Assembly (NCBI GenBank): GCA_052327205.1 | Contig: CM126216.1 | Coordinates: 87,916,001 to 87,980,000, forward strand | DNA: 64,000 nucleotides | Direction: 5' to 3' | Origin: Somniosus microcephalus | Lineage: Eukaryota | In this document: positions 49,223 to 61,353 of the stretch, piece by piece | Layout: the number at the start of each line of letters is the position of its first letter | Position numbering within the stretch: the stretch's first letter is position 1 | Notes under the pieces: model-generated | What the model was told of the DNA's origin: nothing | What the model saw: the letters and a program-made list of their open reading frames with translations, nothing else | Database searches by the model: none | Made by a program: the position numbers and the translations under genes

Positions 49223-52200
49223 TTAAAAGTTCGTGTATTGGAGTCTCTCCGGAGGTCTTGTCTGCCGCTGTGATTGACGTGGCGACGGCAGGGGTGGTGG
49301 AGCTTCCGGCGTCGCGTCCCGTGTAGGCTGGGGCCCTGGAGTGTAGTCCTCGTGGGTGACGGTCCAAGGCGAGCCGGCTGCTGGGGTTGGATATCGGGTC
49401 GTGGGGCGGGGTGGTAATGGGTAGTGGGTTACAGCGGTCCCCGAGGGTGCGAGGTCTCGTATGGAGACTGTGTCGCAGTGGGTTACAGCGATCCCCGAGG
49501 GTGCGAGGTCTCGTATGGAGACTGTGTCCTCCCGCCCGTCCGGGTACGCAATGTAAGCGTACTGGGGGTTGGCGTGGAGGAGGTCGACCCTCTCGACCAG
49601 GGGGTCCATTTTATTGGCCCTCACGTGTCTTCTCAGTAGTACCGGCCCTGGGGACGTCAGTCATGGCGGTAACGATGTCCCCGATGTGGACTTCCTTGGG
49701 AAGACAAACATTTTCTCGTGAGGGGTGGCATTGGTGGCAGTGCAGAGCAGTGACCGAATCGAGTGGAGCGCATCGGGGAGCACCTCCTGCCAGCGGGAGG
49801 TCGGAAGGCCCCTAGACTTTAAGGCTAGTAGGGCGGCCTTCCAAACTGTTGCATTCTCTCTTTCCACCTGTCCGTTCCCCCGGGGGTTGTAACTGGTGGT
49901 CCTGCTTGTGGCTATACCCCTAGCGAGCAGGTACTGGTGGAGTTCGTCACTCATAAACGATGAGCCCCGGTCGCTATGGATATAGCTGGGGAAACCGAAC
50001 AGGGTGAAGAGGCTGTTCAGAGATTTAATGACCGTGGCACTGGTCATGTCCGGGCAGGGGATAGCGAACGGGAACCGGGAGTACTCGTCAATGATGTTGA
50101 GGAAGTACACATTGCGGTCGGAGGAGGGGAGAGGCCCTTTGAAATCGACGCTCAGGCGTTCGAAAGGGCGAGTGGCTTTTATCAGGTGGGCTCTGGTCTA
50201 TAAAAGTGCGGTTTGCACTCAGCGCAGACTTGGCAGTTCTTGGTCATGGTCCTGACCTCCTCGATGGAGTAAGGCAGGTTGCGGGCCTTGATGAAGTGGA
50301 AGAACCTGGTGAACCCCGGGTGGCAGAGGTCATTGTGGAGGGCCCTCAGCCTATCGATCTGCGCGCTGGCGCAGGTGCCACGTGATAGGGCATCTGGGGG
50401 TTCATTGAGCTTCCCAGGCCGGTACAAGATCTCGTAATTGTAGGTGGAAAGTTCGATTCTCCACCTCAAGATCTTGTCATTTTTGATTTTGCCCCTCTGC
50501 TTGTTGTTGAACATAAAAGCAACTGAACGCTGGTCAGTGAGCAGGGTAAATCGTTTTCCGGCCAGGTAGTGCCTCCAATGACGCACAGCCTCCACGATAG
50601 CCTGGGCCTCCTTCTCGACCGCGGAGTGTCTGGTCTCCGGGCCCTGGAGGGTTCGTGAGAAGAATGCCACAGGTCTCCCCGCCTGATTAATGGTGGCGGC
50701 CAGAGCGAAGTCGGACGCATCGCTTTCCACCTGGAAGGGGATGGATTCGTCCACTGCGTGCATGGTGGCTTTGGCAATGTCTTCCTTGATACGGTGGAAG
50801 GCTAAGCGGGCCTCTGCCGTCATGGGAAAAGAGGTGGACTTGATCAGCGGACGGGCTTTGTCTGTATAGTAGGGGACCCACTGAGCGTAGTAGGAAAAAA
50901 ACCCTAGGCACCTCTTCAGAGCTTTTGGGCAGTGGGAGTTCCATAAGGGGACGCATCCGGTACGGGTCGGGACCGATGACCCCGTGTTCCACAACACAGC
51001 CAAGGATGGCGAGGCGGTCTGTGCGGAATATGCACTTCTCCTTGTTATATGTCAGGTTTAGGAGTTGGGCGGTGCGGAGGAATTTCTCGAGGTTTGCGTC
51101 ATGGTCCTGCAAGTCATGGCTGCAGATGGTCACATTATCTAGGTAAGGGAAAGTGGCCTGCAGCTCGTTTTGATCGACCATCCGGTCCATCTCCCTTTGG
51201 AAGACGGAGACCCCGTTGGTAACGCCGAAGGGAACCCTAAGGAAGTGATAGAGGCGGCCGTTTGCTTCAAAAGCAGTATACTGGCGGTCTTCAGGGCTGA
51301 TGGGGAGCTGGTGGTACGCTGATTTCAGGTCAATGGTCGAAAAGATGCGGTACTGCGCAATCTGGTTGACCATGTCAGCTATGCGGGGGAGTGGGTAGGC
51401 GTCCAGCAGGGTGTAGCGGTTTATTGTTTGGCTGTAGTCGATGACCAGGCGTTGTTTCTCGCCAGTCTTAACGACCACAACCTGGGCTCGCCAGGGGCTG
51501 GAGCTGCCCTCAATAATCCCCTCCTTCAGGAGCCGTTCCACTTCGGTTTTGATGAAAACCCTGTCCCCGGCACTGTATCGCCTGCTCTTTGAGGCGATGG
51601 GCTTACAGTCGGGGGTGAGGTTAGCAAACAGTGGGGGGGGGGGGGGGTGGGACTCTGAGTGTGGAGAGGTTGCATCTGGTGCGCGGCGGGCAATTTGGAG
51701 GCTGCTGGCTGCGGACTGTGAGTGGGGGGAGGGGGCCACCGTATGCCATCGTAACGCTTTTGAGGTGGCACTGGAAATCCAACCCCAGTAGAACGGCAGC
51801 GCAGAGGTCGGGCAGGACCAGGAGTTTAAAATTATTGAACACAGTCCCGTCTACTACTAGTGTCACCACGCAGTAGCCGCCAATGTCCGCTGACTGGGAC
51901 TCGGAGGCCATAGAAATCCGCTGGTGCGCAGGCAGGACTGGGAGAGAGCAACGCCGCACCGTGTCGGGGTGGATGAAGCTCTCTGTGCTCCCAGAGTCAA
52001 AAAGGCAGTTTATTGCATGGCCGTTTACCTTAACGTCCATTTTGGACCGAGCTAGCTGGTGCGGTCTCGTTTGGTCCAGCGTCACAGAGGCCAGCGTAGG
52101 GGTCGGTGTGTCGCTGCGAGTATCCGATGGGGGGGGGGGTTGGCGGTCTGTTGCGTCCCGGCTGGTGTCCAAGATGGCGGCGTCCATGATTCCCATGTGG

Positions 52201-52718
52201 CTGGAGTCGTCCAAGATGGCTGCTGCTGCGGTGGTTCGCACATGGCTGGGGAGGCCCAAGATGGCGGCCCGCACGGCCCACACGCGGCGCTGTTGGGGGC
52301 CCAAGATGGCGGCTCGCACAGCCCACACGCGGCGCTGCTGGCGTTCGGCGTGGCTTTGGCCTTGCAGACGCTGGTGTAGTGTCCCTTTTTCCCGCAGCCC
52401 GGGCAGGTCGCATTCTTCGCCGGGCAGCGCGCTCTGGGGTGTTTGGCCTGGCCACAGAAGTAGCATTTCTGGCCTTGGGATACTGCTGTCTGGCTTTGGG
52501 ACACTGCTGCGGTAGTTGGGCCGTTGTTGGGCTGTGGCTGGGGTGGCATGGTGCTATGGGGCTGTCCTACCGTGTCCCAGGTTGTCGTTCCCCGTGGCGT
52601 CCACGGTGCAGAGGAGTAGGCATCCATGCCCTGGAAGGCTGCATCCAGCGTTAGTGCGATGTCGGAGGCTTTGTCGAGGGTGAGGTCACTCTGCTCCAGC
52701 AGTCGCTGTCGGGTGTAG
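49223..52718 (-). pseudogene. gag-pol of Gypsy 2, frameshifted
   Basis: ORFs 52082..52627 (CYFCGQAKH..C; CPGCGKKGHYTSVC), 51621..52466 (PR), 50687..51739 (RT, YLDNV), 50182..51003 (RNase H, HHCC), 49661..50110 (IN: D, SDRG, E), 49223..49624. Confidence 0.9.
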
Positions 52719-53760
52719 TTGGACCAAATTCAAGTGATCTGCAAGACTTTAACAGCGCACCCTGTGGGGGAGCAGGGAATCACTGACAGCAACTTCTGGA
52801 TTACTGCATTTAACTGCGCATGTGCAGACTCCAAAGGTTGCTGTCAGTTTCACAGAGTAATGACGGTGAACGCTGACAGTTTTGCTCTCATTACAGTGGC
52901 AATTTCCAGGCTGTACTATTTTTTGACAACAAGTATGGGTGTATGTAAAACCCATGTATGGACATAAATCTATAGTATGCACTTGAAGGTGGATCTTGCG
53001 TGTTCTTTGCTACAAGATGTAGATTTTCACTTGTTAATGGGAAAGGATACCTCGCAGTATTTTGCTGGATAATGAAAGCAGATGAGTACAAGAGGAGGAA
53101 TAGTTGAAGGCTTCCAAGACCTTAATCAAAAGGAAAATAGTAGAATATATAAAACAAGCGAAGGTAAGCAAAACACCAAATTAAGACGGAACGGGAGAAG
53201 AAACTAGTGTTTTAATAAACGACATATTAACAGACACTCAGAAGAAATGGTAAAAGAGTTAGTAGCAATACTGAGAAGTATAATGAATTCCATGTGAGGA
53301 AGCCTGAATACTCTTTTGTTGAACATGAGTGAGATACTGCTTGTAGCAAAAATGAGGCAGTTAGCATCTTGACTAAAACAAACCAATAAGTTCCCCAGAT
53401 CTGCAAAAGTGAGAGACAAAATGAGAAAGACACAAAAGGATCCCATGACATAGGTGGCGAGTTTCAGAAGCTTTAGCGAGGTTCTGGAAGTCTAAAAATA
53501 AGATGGAGGTGGAAATTCAGATTCTCTTGAACAAGATACTCCTACCCAAAGCTGGGAAGAACAAAAAGGAAGGTAAGAAGGTAAGGTGAGACAATCCAAG
53601 AGGTGGAGATACACAAGTAATGCAACCAAGGCAGGTGGGAAAGCCTTGGGAGAGAATTGGGAAAAAGAAACTATAGAGACCTGCAATAGGTTATACTTGG
53701 ACAATTGTACAAAAATAATATTTTAAAAATTAAAAATGATGCTGACTAAATTGTAAGAGA

Positions 53761-54145
53761 AAGAACTTACTTTATCACACCCAAAACGCTTCATAAAGAA
53801 TGAATTGCATTATGCCATTACTATTGTTATGTGGGTAAACGCAACAGATATTTTAGATACAGCAGTAAAGAGATGAATGACTAATTAATCTGTTTTTGGT
53901 TGAGGGAAGAATGTTGGCTGGGACTGGGACAGATTTCTGCTCTTCAAATAGTGCCACAAGATCATTAATGTCTACCTGGAACACTAGACATGGCCTTAGT
54001 TTAGCATCTCATCTGAGTGACAACACATCCATCAATGCAGCAATACTGCACTGAAGTTTCAGACTGAATTATGGGCTCAAATCCTGGAGTGGAGATTGAA
54101 CCCAAAGCCTATTGACTTGGAGGCAAGAGTTCCACCAACTGTGAC
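53761..54145 (-). mobile_element. Degraded Deu-domain SINE
   Basis: ggttgagggaagaatgttggc, tgcactgaagt..ggagtggagattgaaccca. Confidence 0.75.
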
Positions 54146-54171
54146 AAGTTGAGGACAATTTGAAAACTAGA

Positions 54172-54378
54172 GAACAGAAAACGCTGGAAAAACTCAGCAG
54201 GCCAGGCAGCATCCGTGGCGAGAGAAACAGAGTTAACGTTTCAGGTCGAAGATAAGAAAGGTCTTCGACCTGAAACATTAACTCTGTTTCTCTCTCCACG
54301 GATGCTGCCTGGCTTGCTGAGTTTTTCCAGTGTTTTCTGTTGTTATTTCAGATTTCCAGCATCCGCAGTATTTTGCTA
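54172..54378. mobile_element. Penelope-type hairpin, copy 2
   Basis: Inverted arms acagaaaacgctggaaaaactcagc.. / ..gctgagtttttccagtgttttctgt; same family as 47469. Confidence 0.8.
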
Positions 54379-56429
54379 TTGAAAACTAGAGAGATGGTCT
54401 CTTACACATTTGCAGAAGACTGGCTCTTCATTTTCCTATTGGCATTCTTCAGTGACGTTACTGGAGAATGGAGACATAGGGTAGTATATGATTCCTATTC
54501 TGGTATAGGTATGTATATAAGCAAACTTCACTTAAAAAAAAAATTAAAATAGGTGCCTGGAATAAGTGCTGAGTTGGCCCAGTGCAACATACGCACTTGT
54601 GGCATGATATACGCATGGTCATAAGCTGAACTAGCTCAGTACATTTACAGTACTAAGGCCACACAGGGAGCTTTGAGAACCAGTGGTGATATGGGAGGCC
54701 AAGCAAAACTAGGTATCTGTTGCTATCAGATTTATGCATACTGGTAAGTGGACCTTCACATTGGGAATTGACAGTGTTACTTTAGGTTGAAAGCAAATTA
54801 AGGCTCCTAGAAGAGCAGGGACCTGTTGCCAGTAAGGCAATACTCAAACCATCACAGCAATGAAATGGCAGCTAATAGAAACAGAGAAGATTGTGGAATT
54901 TAAAAGGATTTCAAAACCATTTGTGGCAGTGTTCAATGGAGAGCAGTGAAAATAAGTGGCCAGAACAAGATAAGTGTATCGAATGGAAGAGGGACACTGT
55001 TGATGAGAATCTATTGCTGTATACTTGGGACATTTTACAGCGTTAAAGGCGCTATATGAATGCAAGTTGTTGTTGTATACACCATCAAATGATCTTCATT
55101 TTGCAGCTGACTTCATTACATTTAAAAAGAGGTAATTTAACATTTAATTTTGATCTTTATTATACACAGTTTCAATGATGCTTAACTTCACAATATTATC
55201 TGTGCAGTTACACCAAAACTAGAATTTAAACATTCCAGTAGATTACAGCACTGATTTCAGCCTAAAGGCAGGGAAAATATAATGTAACATGGCACCATGG
55301 ACACAGGGAAAAGCACATAAATCAACTGATCCCGAACAACCCTTTCCTGTAACGTTCTCTGATGTAGCGCCTATTGTTTATGATTCATTCTCTAACGTAT
55401 AAAAATGAGCCTCAGTATTGAATATCAACTTATTACCATCAACACTCTTTTTTCTTTTCTGTTGCTAGACATTTATGTAAATATTAATATACTTCACTTA
55501 AAAAAAAGACATTTAAATGATTTTCACCATACTAGTATGTTCACGATACATTATCATTGTATTTTGGCCTGTTTTCAGTGAAAGGGTCAATGAATCGGAT
55601 AGAATAGGTCTCTCTTGTTTGCGCTTTGCTGAGTACAATAATTGACTGTAATCCCAGTCATTGAAAAAGGGAGAGTTTATTGCAGAATGTGGATGTAGTA
55701 CCACAAATCTTTCACTTCATTTGGAACTGAATGGGCTTTTAAAATGGGAAGTGTGATCTCTTCTTATCCATTTAGATTACACAGATTGCACACACAACCA
55801 TTCATTAGAATTGAGATGAATAACTGGGATGAACAGTCAGTCACCCGAGTTGGTCATTATAAAATTCTGGAGTGAATCGAACAATGGCGAAGTAGATAAC
55901 AGATTTGATGACCTCACTAATATTTGCAATGGCACAGAATCACTCACAAATAAGCTGGTTGTTTGTTTTTCATCGTCTCTTCACAGTTATCCTATTTACA
56001 GACACTTTTCTCCTGCCCTTTTTCAGATGATTCATCAGACATTTTCCAGCTTTCCTTTTTCTTGTTCCCCCGGGGCCAAAATTGTTGCTATTCATCTCGA
56101 CAGGAAAGTGCAGGTTGCAGTCAGCAGACTAAATTGCTGACATTAAGAAAAATAAAAGCTCATATCAAGTGTTTTTCTCTTTTCTTCTAAGTTTATTTTG
56201 AATGGAAAGAGCTTCACCCTATTTTGCTAAGATAACTTTGATTAGTAATGGCAGACTACTCCAGAAATGCATTCATTTATAAAATTTGGACAATTACTGA
56301 GCACAGAGCAAATGATAATTTTCCATATGTGAGAGCCCCTTTAGTCATCTTTTCACCACTGCTTATAAAACAAATAACGTTTGACTTATTTTGAAGAGCT
56401 ATCTGATTTTGGTAAGAGTGCTACAATTG

Positions 56430-56800
56430 TCATCAGTTCACCTGACCTACTGTCTCCTGATGTGGCTCAGTGTCAAATTTTGTTTGATAATCACTCCTGT
56501 GGAGCACCGTGGGACGTTTTACTACTTTATTATACTATATAAAGGCAAGTTGTTGTTGGGTTCAGATGGGGGGGGGAGAAAGTCAACCAGGATTACCAGC
56601 ACATTATCTCAATCCAGTAACCCCATTCTGGAAAGTAAACATCTAGATGTCAGATTAGGACAGAGTTGCTATGCTCCGACTGTCAACTAGCCAGCCAAAA
56701 CTCACAGTTTTGTCCTGCACATGAAGAATGACCCGATGAGTGAGGTACTAGAAGCCCCGTACCACCATCCCCCAACATTAGTCACCACAGGCAGGAGAAA
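56430..56800 (+). mobile_element. L2 tail (56430-56558) followed by SINE family A fragment
   Basis: tgtggctcagtgtcaaattttgtttgataa as at 27230-27260; cacatgaagaatg..gaggtac. Confidence 0.6.
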
Positions 56801-57530
56801 GAGGGACTGACCTCACGTTTTTGTTTTTCCCCCTCTAATTTCCTGTGATTTTTTTAATCTTCCTGTTATCTATCAATTAGTTTTCAGAGCACAATCTTGT
56901 GTTTAAGCCTCCTAACTCATCCTCAAATAACTTTACTGCTAATACAAATGATAGGTTATGTAAATTCATTGATATACTGGACACAAGTGGTAACTATTTT
57001 CTATCTCGTCATTTTTCCTTTGGGTGCAGTGCAACTGAGGAATCAGTTCAACCCTTAGGGACAACATCGTTGTATGGATCGTCATCATGAAGCCTTTATT
57101 TGAGTTCATTTGTAAAAATAAATCCACGTGAAGTAATGTGTCAGGCAGTGTTCTAGGATGCTTGAAGTAGTGACAGAACTCTGCTGTCTGCAGGGTTTCA
57201 CACTGGCAGAGGTTTCTGACTGTTACACAATGAAACAATTAGGCATCTAACTTTGTGAAATTTACCAGACTCCAGAGGAACTCATTGGGACCAGGCTTCA
57301 AGTGCTTCACCACAGCCACACAGGAAGCTGATGCCAATTGCGGTTTTGGCTCAAACATTCGATTCTTCAATCCATTAAGTGTTTTTATCAAGAACCAGCT
57401 GTTCTGAGTCTTGTAATGAAATAATGAATTAACCCAATTTCTGACTTGAATGGGTCCATCATTATACAATGAAATATCTCCTAAACCAATTACTAGATCA
57501 ATAGTGATGCAGTTAAAGTGTTATCAGGGT

Positions 57531-58997
57531 TGTAGGGTGTTTTTGCATGCCCCGTGTTTCTATGGCTCTCCCTTGAGTTGACCCGTGCCTCAAAAATTCC
57601 CCGGTTTGGGTTGTTTCCCTTGGACGGCAGGAGCTTATGCCAATAGTCCCTGCCCAACCCATCGATTAGCGGGTAATCCCACAGAGAGAGAGAGACGAAG
57701 GCCAGATAGGTCTTCTCCTATGCCCGATGCGCAGCGTCCCCAGCGGGGTTACTGTGTAACCCGGCCGTGACCGGATGCCACCCGGTTGGTCTTCCAAATT
57801 ATATCGCGAATCACAAGCCCCACAACCCCCAAGTTCGGACCCAAGGAGTTACAATGGTAGATTATAAATGATTCAGACAAAACGAAACGGTTCAGGTTGG
57901 TCAAAGATCGATTCCTTTTATTACACTCACAAAAATGACAATCCCTACTCCTCTCGCTTAGGACAGAACGAGTAGGTGACCGTGGACACTAGCTTATAAC
58001 TTTAGACTAAAATACTCACCCTGTTGGTTATGCCGAACCAACCACTTCCTAGAATCTGAGCCTAGATAATGGAAAAAAAACCTAACTAAACCCCTCTCCC
58101 GGTTTGGTCAGAACCCACACTTGGAAGCCTCCTCACACACATGTGTTTGCAAGTGTCCAAGACGCAGGCTGTTCCTCAGCAGCAAAACACGCGGGCGGTC
58201 CTGGGGATTTCTAGAGGTGTATACTGGATATAATTACCAGCCCTTGTCGTTGATTCACGCAGTCCCGGCTCCGTTCGACTCGAGACAAAACCGTGCCTAA
58301 CAGAGGCATGCGATGAGGCCTAGCGAGTTACGTTCAGGCGGTACGACGAGGCACTCACTTCGAATGTTCCTGGAGAGTTGACGGATGCGTGGTTATGCAG
58401 AGAACCCCCGTCCCAGATGGTAGAGGAAAAGCAAGCAAGCAAGCCCTGCATCCCCAAAGTTCAGCATGTTTATACCCCGTATAATACACAAAACTTGCTG
58501 GGCGATTCCTGGTTACCATGGTCGCAGAGATGCTAGTTGGTTTACCTGGTGATGTCTCTGTCTTGGATTGGTCATCTTGAAGAAAACAATGGTAGGCCAT
58601 TACTGTAGATGAGCAGTTCTCCAAGTGCTAACTCCTTCATTGAAAGAGTCCAGAGGTGTTACTTTGGCCTGCAAACCTCATTGTCCACCCAGACATCCTG
58701 GCTCCATGGACAAAAGGTGGTTTTCCCCAAATCACACAAGTTCGAATATGAAAAGGCTCCTGCCTTTCATGACGTCAGCATTGAGACAAGTCCCATGGCA
58801 ACCCAAAAGACAGACAGTTCCTGCTATCTTCACAGAAACCAACAGTCAGTCCCTTTTAAAGTCCAAAAGTCCAAACTCCATTTTTAAAACGCAGCCCAAA
58901 TGCTTCTCCATTTTAAAAGGGTACATATCCATTTTAAAAGTCCAAAAATCCTTGAGGCACATGCACCCACTGATGTTGGCACTGGCCAAACCCTACA
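57531..58997 (-). mobile_element. Solo LTR, 1467 bp
   Basis: Termini TGTAGGGT..ACCCTACA; 4-bp TSD GGGT on both sides; minus-strand TATAAA at ~58470 and AATAAA at ~57917-57922; no coding capacity. Confidence 0.85.
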
Positions 58998-59140
58998 GGG
59001 TCAACCAGTAAGTTATAATTTGTGTGTATGTTTAAAAATACATGGTGCAATGTATAGTTACAATACCTATGGGGGGTAGTCAGACATGTGTAATAATGGA
59101 AACTAAACAATTCATAATGAATTATTTAGCGTGATTTACC

Positions 59141-59237
59141 GTTCTGACGACAGGTCATCGACCTAAAACGGTAACTCTGTTTCTCTCTCCACAGATACTG
59201 CCTGACCTGCTGAATATTTCCAGAATTTTCTGTTTTT
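59141..59237 (+). mobile_element. Penelope-type single arm
   Basis: ctgacgacaggtcatcgacctaaaacggtaactctgtttctctctccacaga... Confidence 0.7.
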
Positions 59238-60201
59238 AATTTATAATGAACTGTTTGTGTTGGGTGCATTTAAATTTGACAGGACTACTATATGGCAATA
59301 AGAAGTCAATCTCAAGGAGTCTATAAGGCCATATAGCAAGATTAGTTTTTAACAATGCATGTGTGTGAGCGTGTGCCCTCGCACATAACCCTGTAGCATC
59401 TTAGAGAGCATTAGAACTGAATGCTTTAGGAGGCTCCCATATTGAAGACTAAGCATCATTTTTTATGCAAGTTATTAACATTCAAATTATACCCCCACAT
59501 TTTTGTGATAACATCTTAAACTTGTCTTTCTGGTCCATTTTTAAATCCAGGAGCAATTAAATATTAATTGAGCTATATTGCACTTATGACTTATGACGGC
59601 CAGATAGCCAGCATTGGTGCACAAGTTTTAATCCAGATTTACAGGTCCCAAAATCTTACAGAAGATTTGATGCATGCTGTTGCCTGTGCTAACAAAACAG
59701 TGGCCTAGAAATTCAGTTGGCTGCGCCAGGCGCTAACGCCAAAAAAGGGCTATATTTCCGTCGATAAAGCCTTAGCGCTGGAATGCAGACCGATCTGCGC
59801 CGACGCCCAAATTCATTTGAGATTTAGCGCCGGCGCAAAGTGTTAGCGCCCGCTCGGGTGCGCGCGCAGCTTATGACGTCATATCCTCGCGCAACGCTGT
59901 TTTAGCGCCCCAACCCGGAACTTGAGTGGCGCCCGCCCAGTGTGGGCGTGGCGCTATTAGGAATTGTAAAATGGAACGTTGCAGAGGCCCTGTGGGCCTC
60001 GGGGAGCGCAAATTAAAGGGCACCTCCACTGACCTATAAAGTCCAGCCATTTTGCTGCAATGACTTCACTGCTTTGGATTTCTACACAGAGACCAAGGGA
60101 CAGAGATTCCAGATTTGGGACAAGATAGGAGAGGTCTTTCTGGCTTCTGGCCAGTGCTTTGACATTTGACTCTTGCTGATTTCACTGTTGCGACCTTGAT
60201 T

Positions 60202-61353
60202 ATGGGGGCTGCATGGGGGGCCAACATTGAGTTGCAGCATTATGTGCGGAGGGCTCGCAGACGCTGTGAGAGACGGGCAGCCATGCGTAGACACAGAAGG
60301 GCCATCAGGCGTCGCCAACGTAGGCCTTACGCACCCAGGCAATACCGGCAGCAGGTGTCCTATGTCACCATGTCTGCGGCACTTTGTGTAAAGAGGCTGC
60401 GCTTCAGAAGGGAGGTGGTTGGAGAGATCTGCCAGCTGCTTCACGCAGATTTGCAGCCACAGCTCATGTCCAGGACGTCTCTCTCGGTGGAAGTGAAGGT
60501 CACGGTGGCTCTCAGCTTTTATGCAAGCGGCTCGTTCCAAGCCGCTGCTGGGGACATCGCGAACATCTCCCAGTTCGCCGTACATCGCTGCATCCGGCAG
60601 GTCACCGATGCACTGTTCGCGAGGAGACACCAGTTCATCTCCTTCCCCATGACCCAACAGAGGCAGCAGCAGCGTGCAGTGGGATTTGGCAGGATCGCGG
60701 GCTTCCCCATGGTGCAGGGCGCCATTGACTGCACGCATGTGGCTATGCGGGCACCTATAGACAATCCCGAGGTTTACCGCAACCGCAAGGGCTACCATTC
60801 CCTCAATGTGCAGCTGGTGTGTGACCACAGGCAGCGCATCCTAGCTGTAAATGCCCGCTTCCCAGGAAGCAGCCACGATGCTTTTATCCTGCGCCAGACT
60901 ACTGTGGCTGACATGTTCCAGGCACAGCCTCCACCAAGGGGATGGCTTATCGGGGACAAGGGCTACCCTTTGTGCACATGGCTCATGACCCCGCTCCGCG
61001 CGCCCAGGACCCCAGCGGAGGACTCATACAACGAAAGCCATCAAGCAACAAGGAACGTCATAGAGCAAACCATAGGCGTCCTCAAGCAACGCTTCCGCTG
61101 CCTGGTTCGCTCCGGCGGCTTTCTACAGTATTCGCCGGATAGAGTGTCCCAGTTCGTCGTCGTGTGCTGCATGCTGCACAACCTGGCTATCCGCCGGACG
61201 CAGGCACTGCCACCTGACATTGCACCACCACCTGAGGAGGACGAGCAGGAGGACCATCAGGAGGAGGAGGGGGAGGAGGAGGAGGAGCAGGCCAGGAGGG
61301 GGCCAGAAGGCCCAAGGGCCGTACGCCGGGGGCTTATTGCTCGACACTTCTAG
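60202..61353 (+). CDS. Harbinger DDE transposase, ~383 aa from MGAAWG
   Basis: GAIDCTHV, GDKGY, IEQTIG triad intact; uninterrupted; TATAAA at ~60035. Confidence 0.95.
   Translation: MGAAWGANIELQHYVRRARRRCERRAAMRRHRRAIRRRQRRPYAPRQYRQQVSYVTMSAALCVKRLRFRREVVGEICQLLHADLQPQLMSRTSLSVEVKVTVALSFYASGSFQAAAGDIANISQFAVHRCIRQVTDALFARRHQFISFPMTQQRQQQRAVGFGRIAGFPMVQGAIDCTHVAMRAPIDNPEVYRNRKGYHSLNVQLVCDHRQRILAVNARFPGSSHDAFILRQTTVADMFQAQPPPRGWLIGDKGYPLCTWLMTPLRAPRTPAEDSYNESHQATRNVIEQTIGVLKQRFRCLVRSGGFLQYSPDRVSQFVVVCCMLHNLAIRRTQALPPDIAPPPEEDEQEDHQEEEGEEEEEQARRGPEGPRAVRRGLIARHF

Larger units (their letters stand above)
48945..52718 (-). mobile_element. Gypsy LTR retrotransposon 2, 5'-deleted
   Basis: 3' LTR 48945-49179 (TGTGG..CATCA, AATAAA); PPT aacaaggggtgaa; gag CCHC, FDSGS protease, RT, RNase H, integrase. 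Confidence 0.93.
48502..52912. mobile_element. Harbinger-type non-autonomous element split by Gypsy (48502-48944 and ~52719-52912)
   Basis: Left TIR GGCCCGGATTTTGC; degenerate right TIR gcaatttccaggc; gacggtg motifs at both ends. Confidence 0.6.

Noticed and set aside
55500-56160. Minus-strand terminal exon (acceptor-like ttttatttttcttaatgtcag at ~56137)
   Set aside because: Frames are short and unrecognisable; cannot be supported without RNA data.
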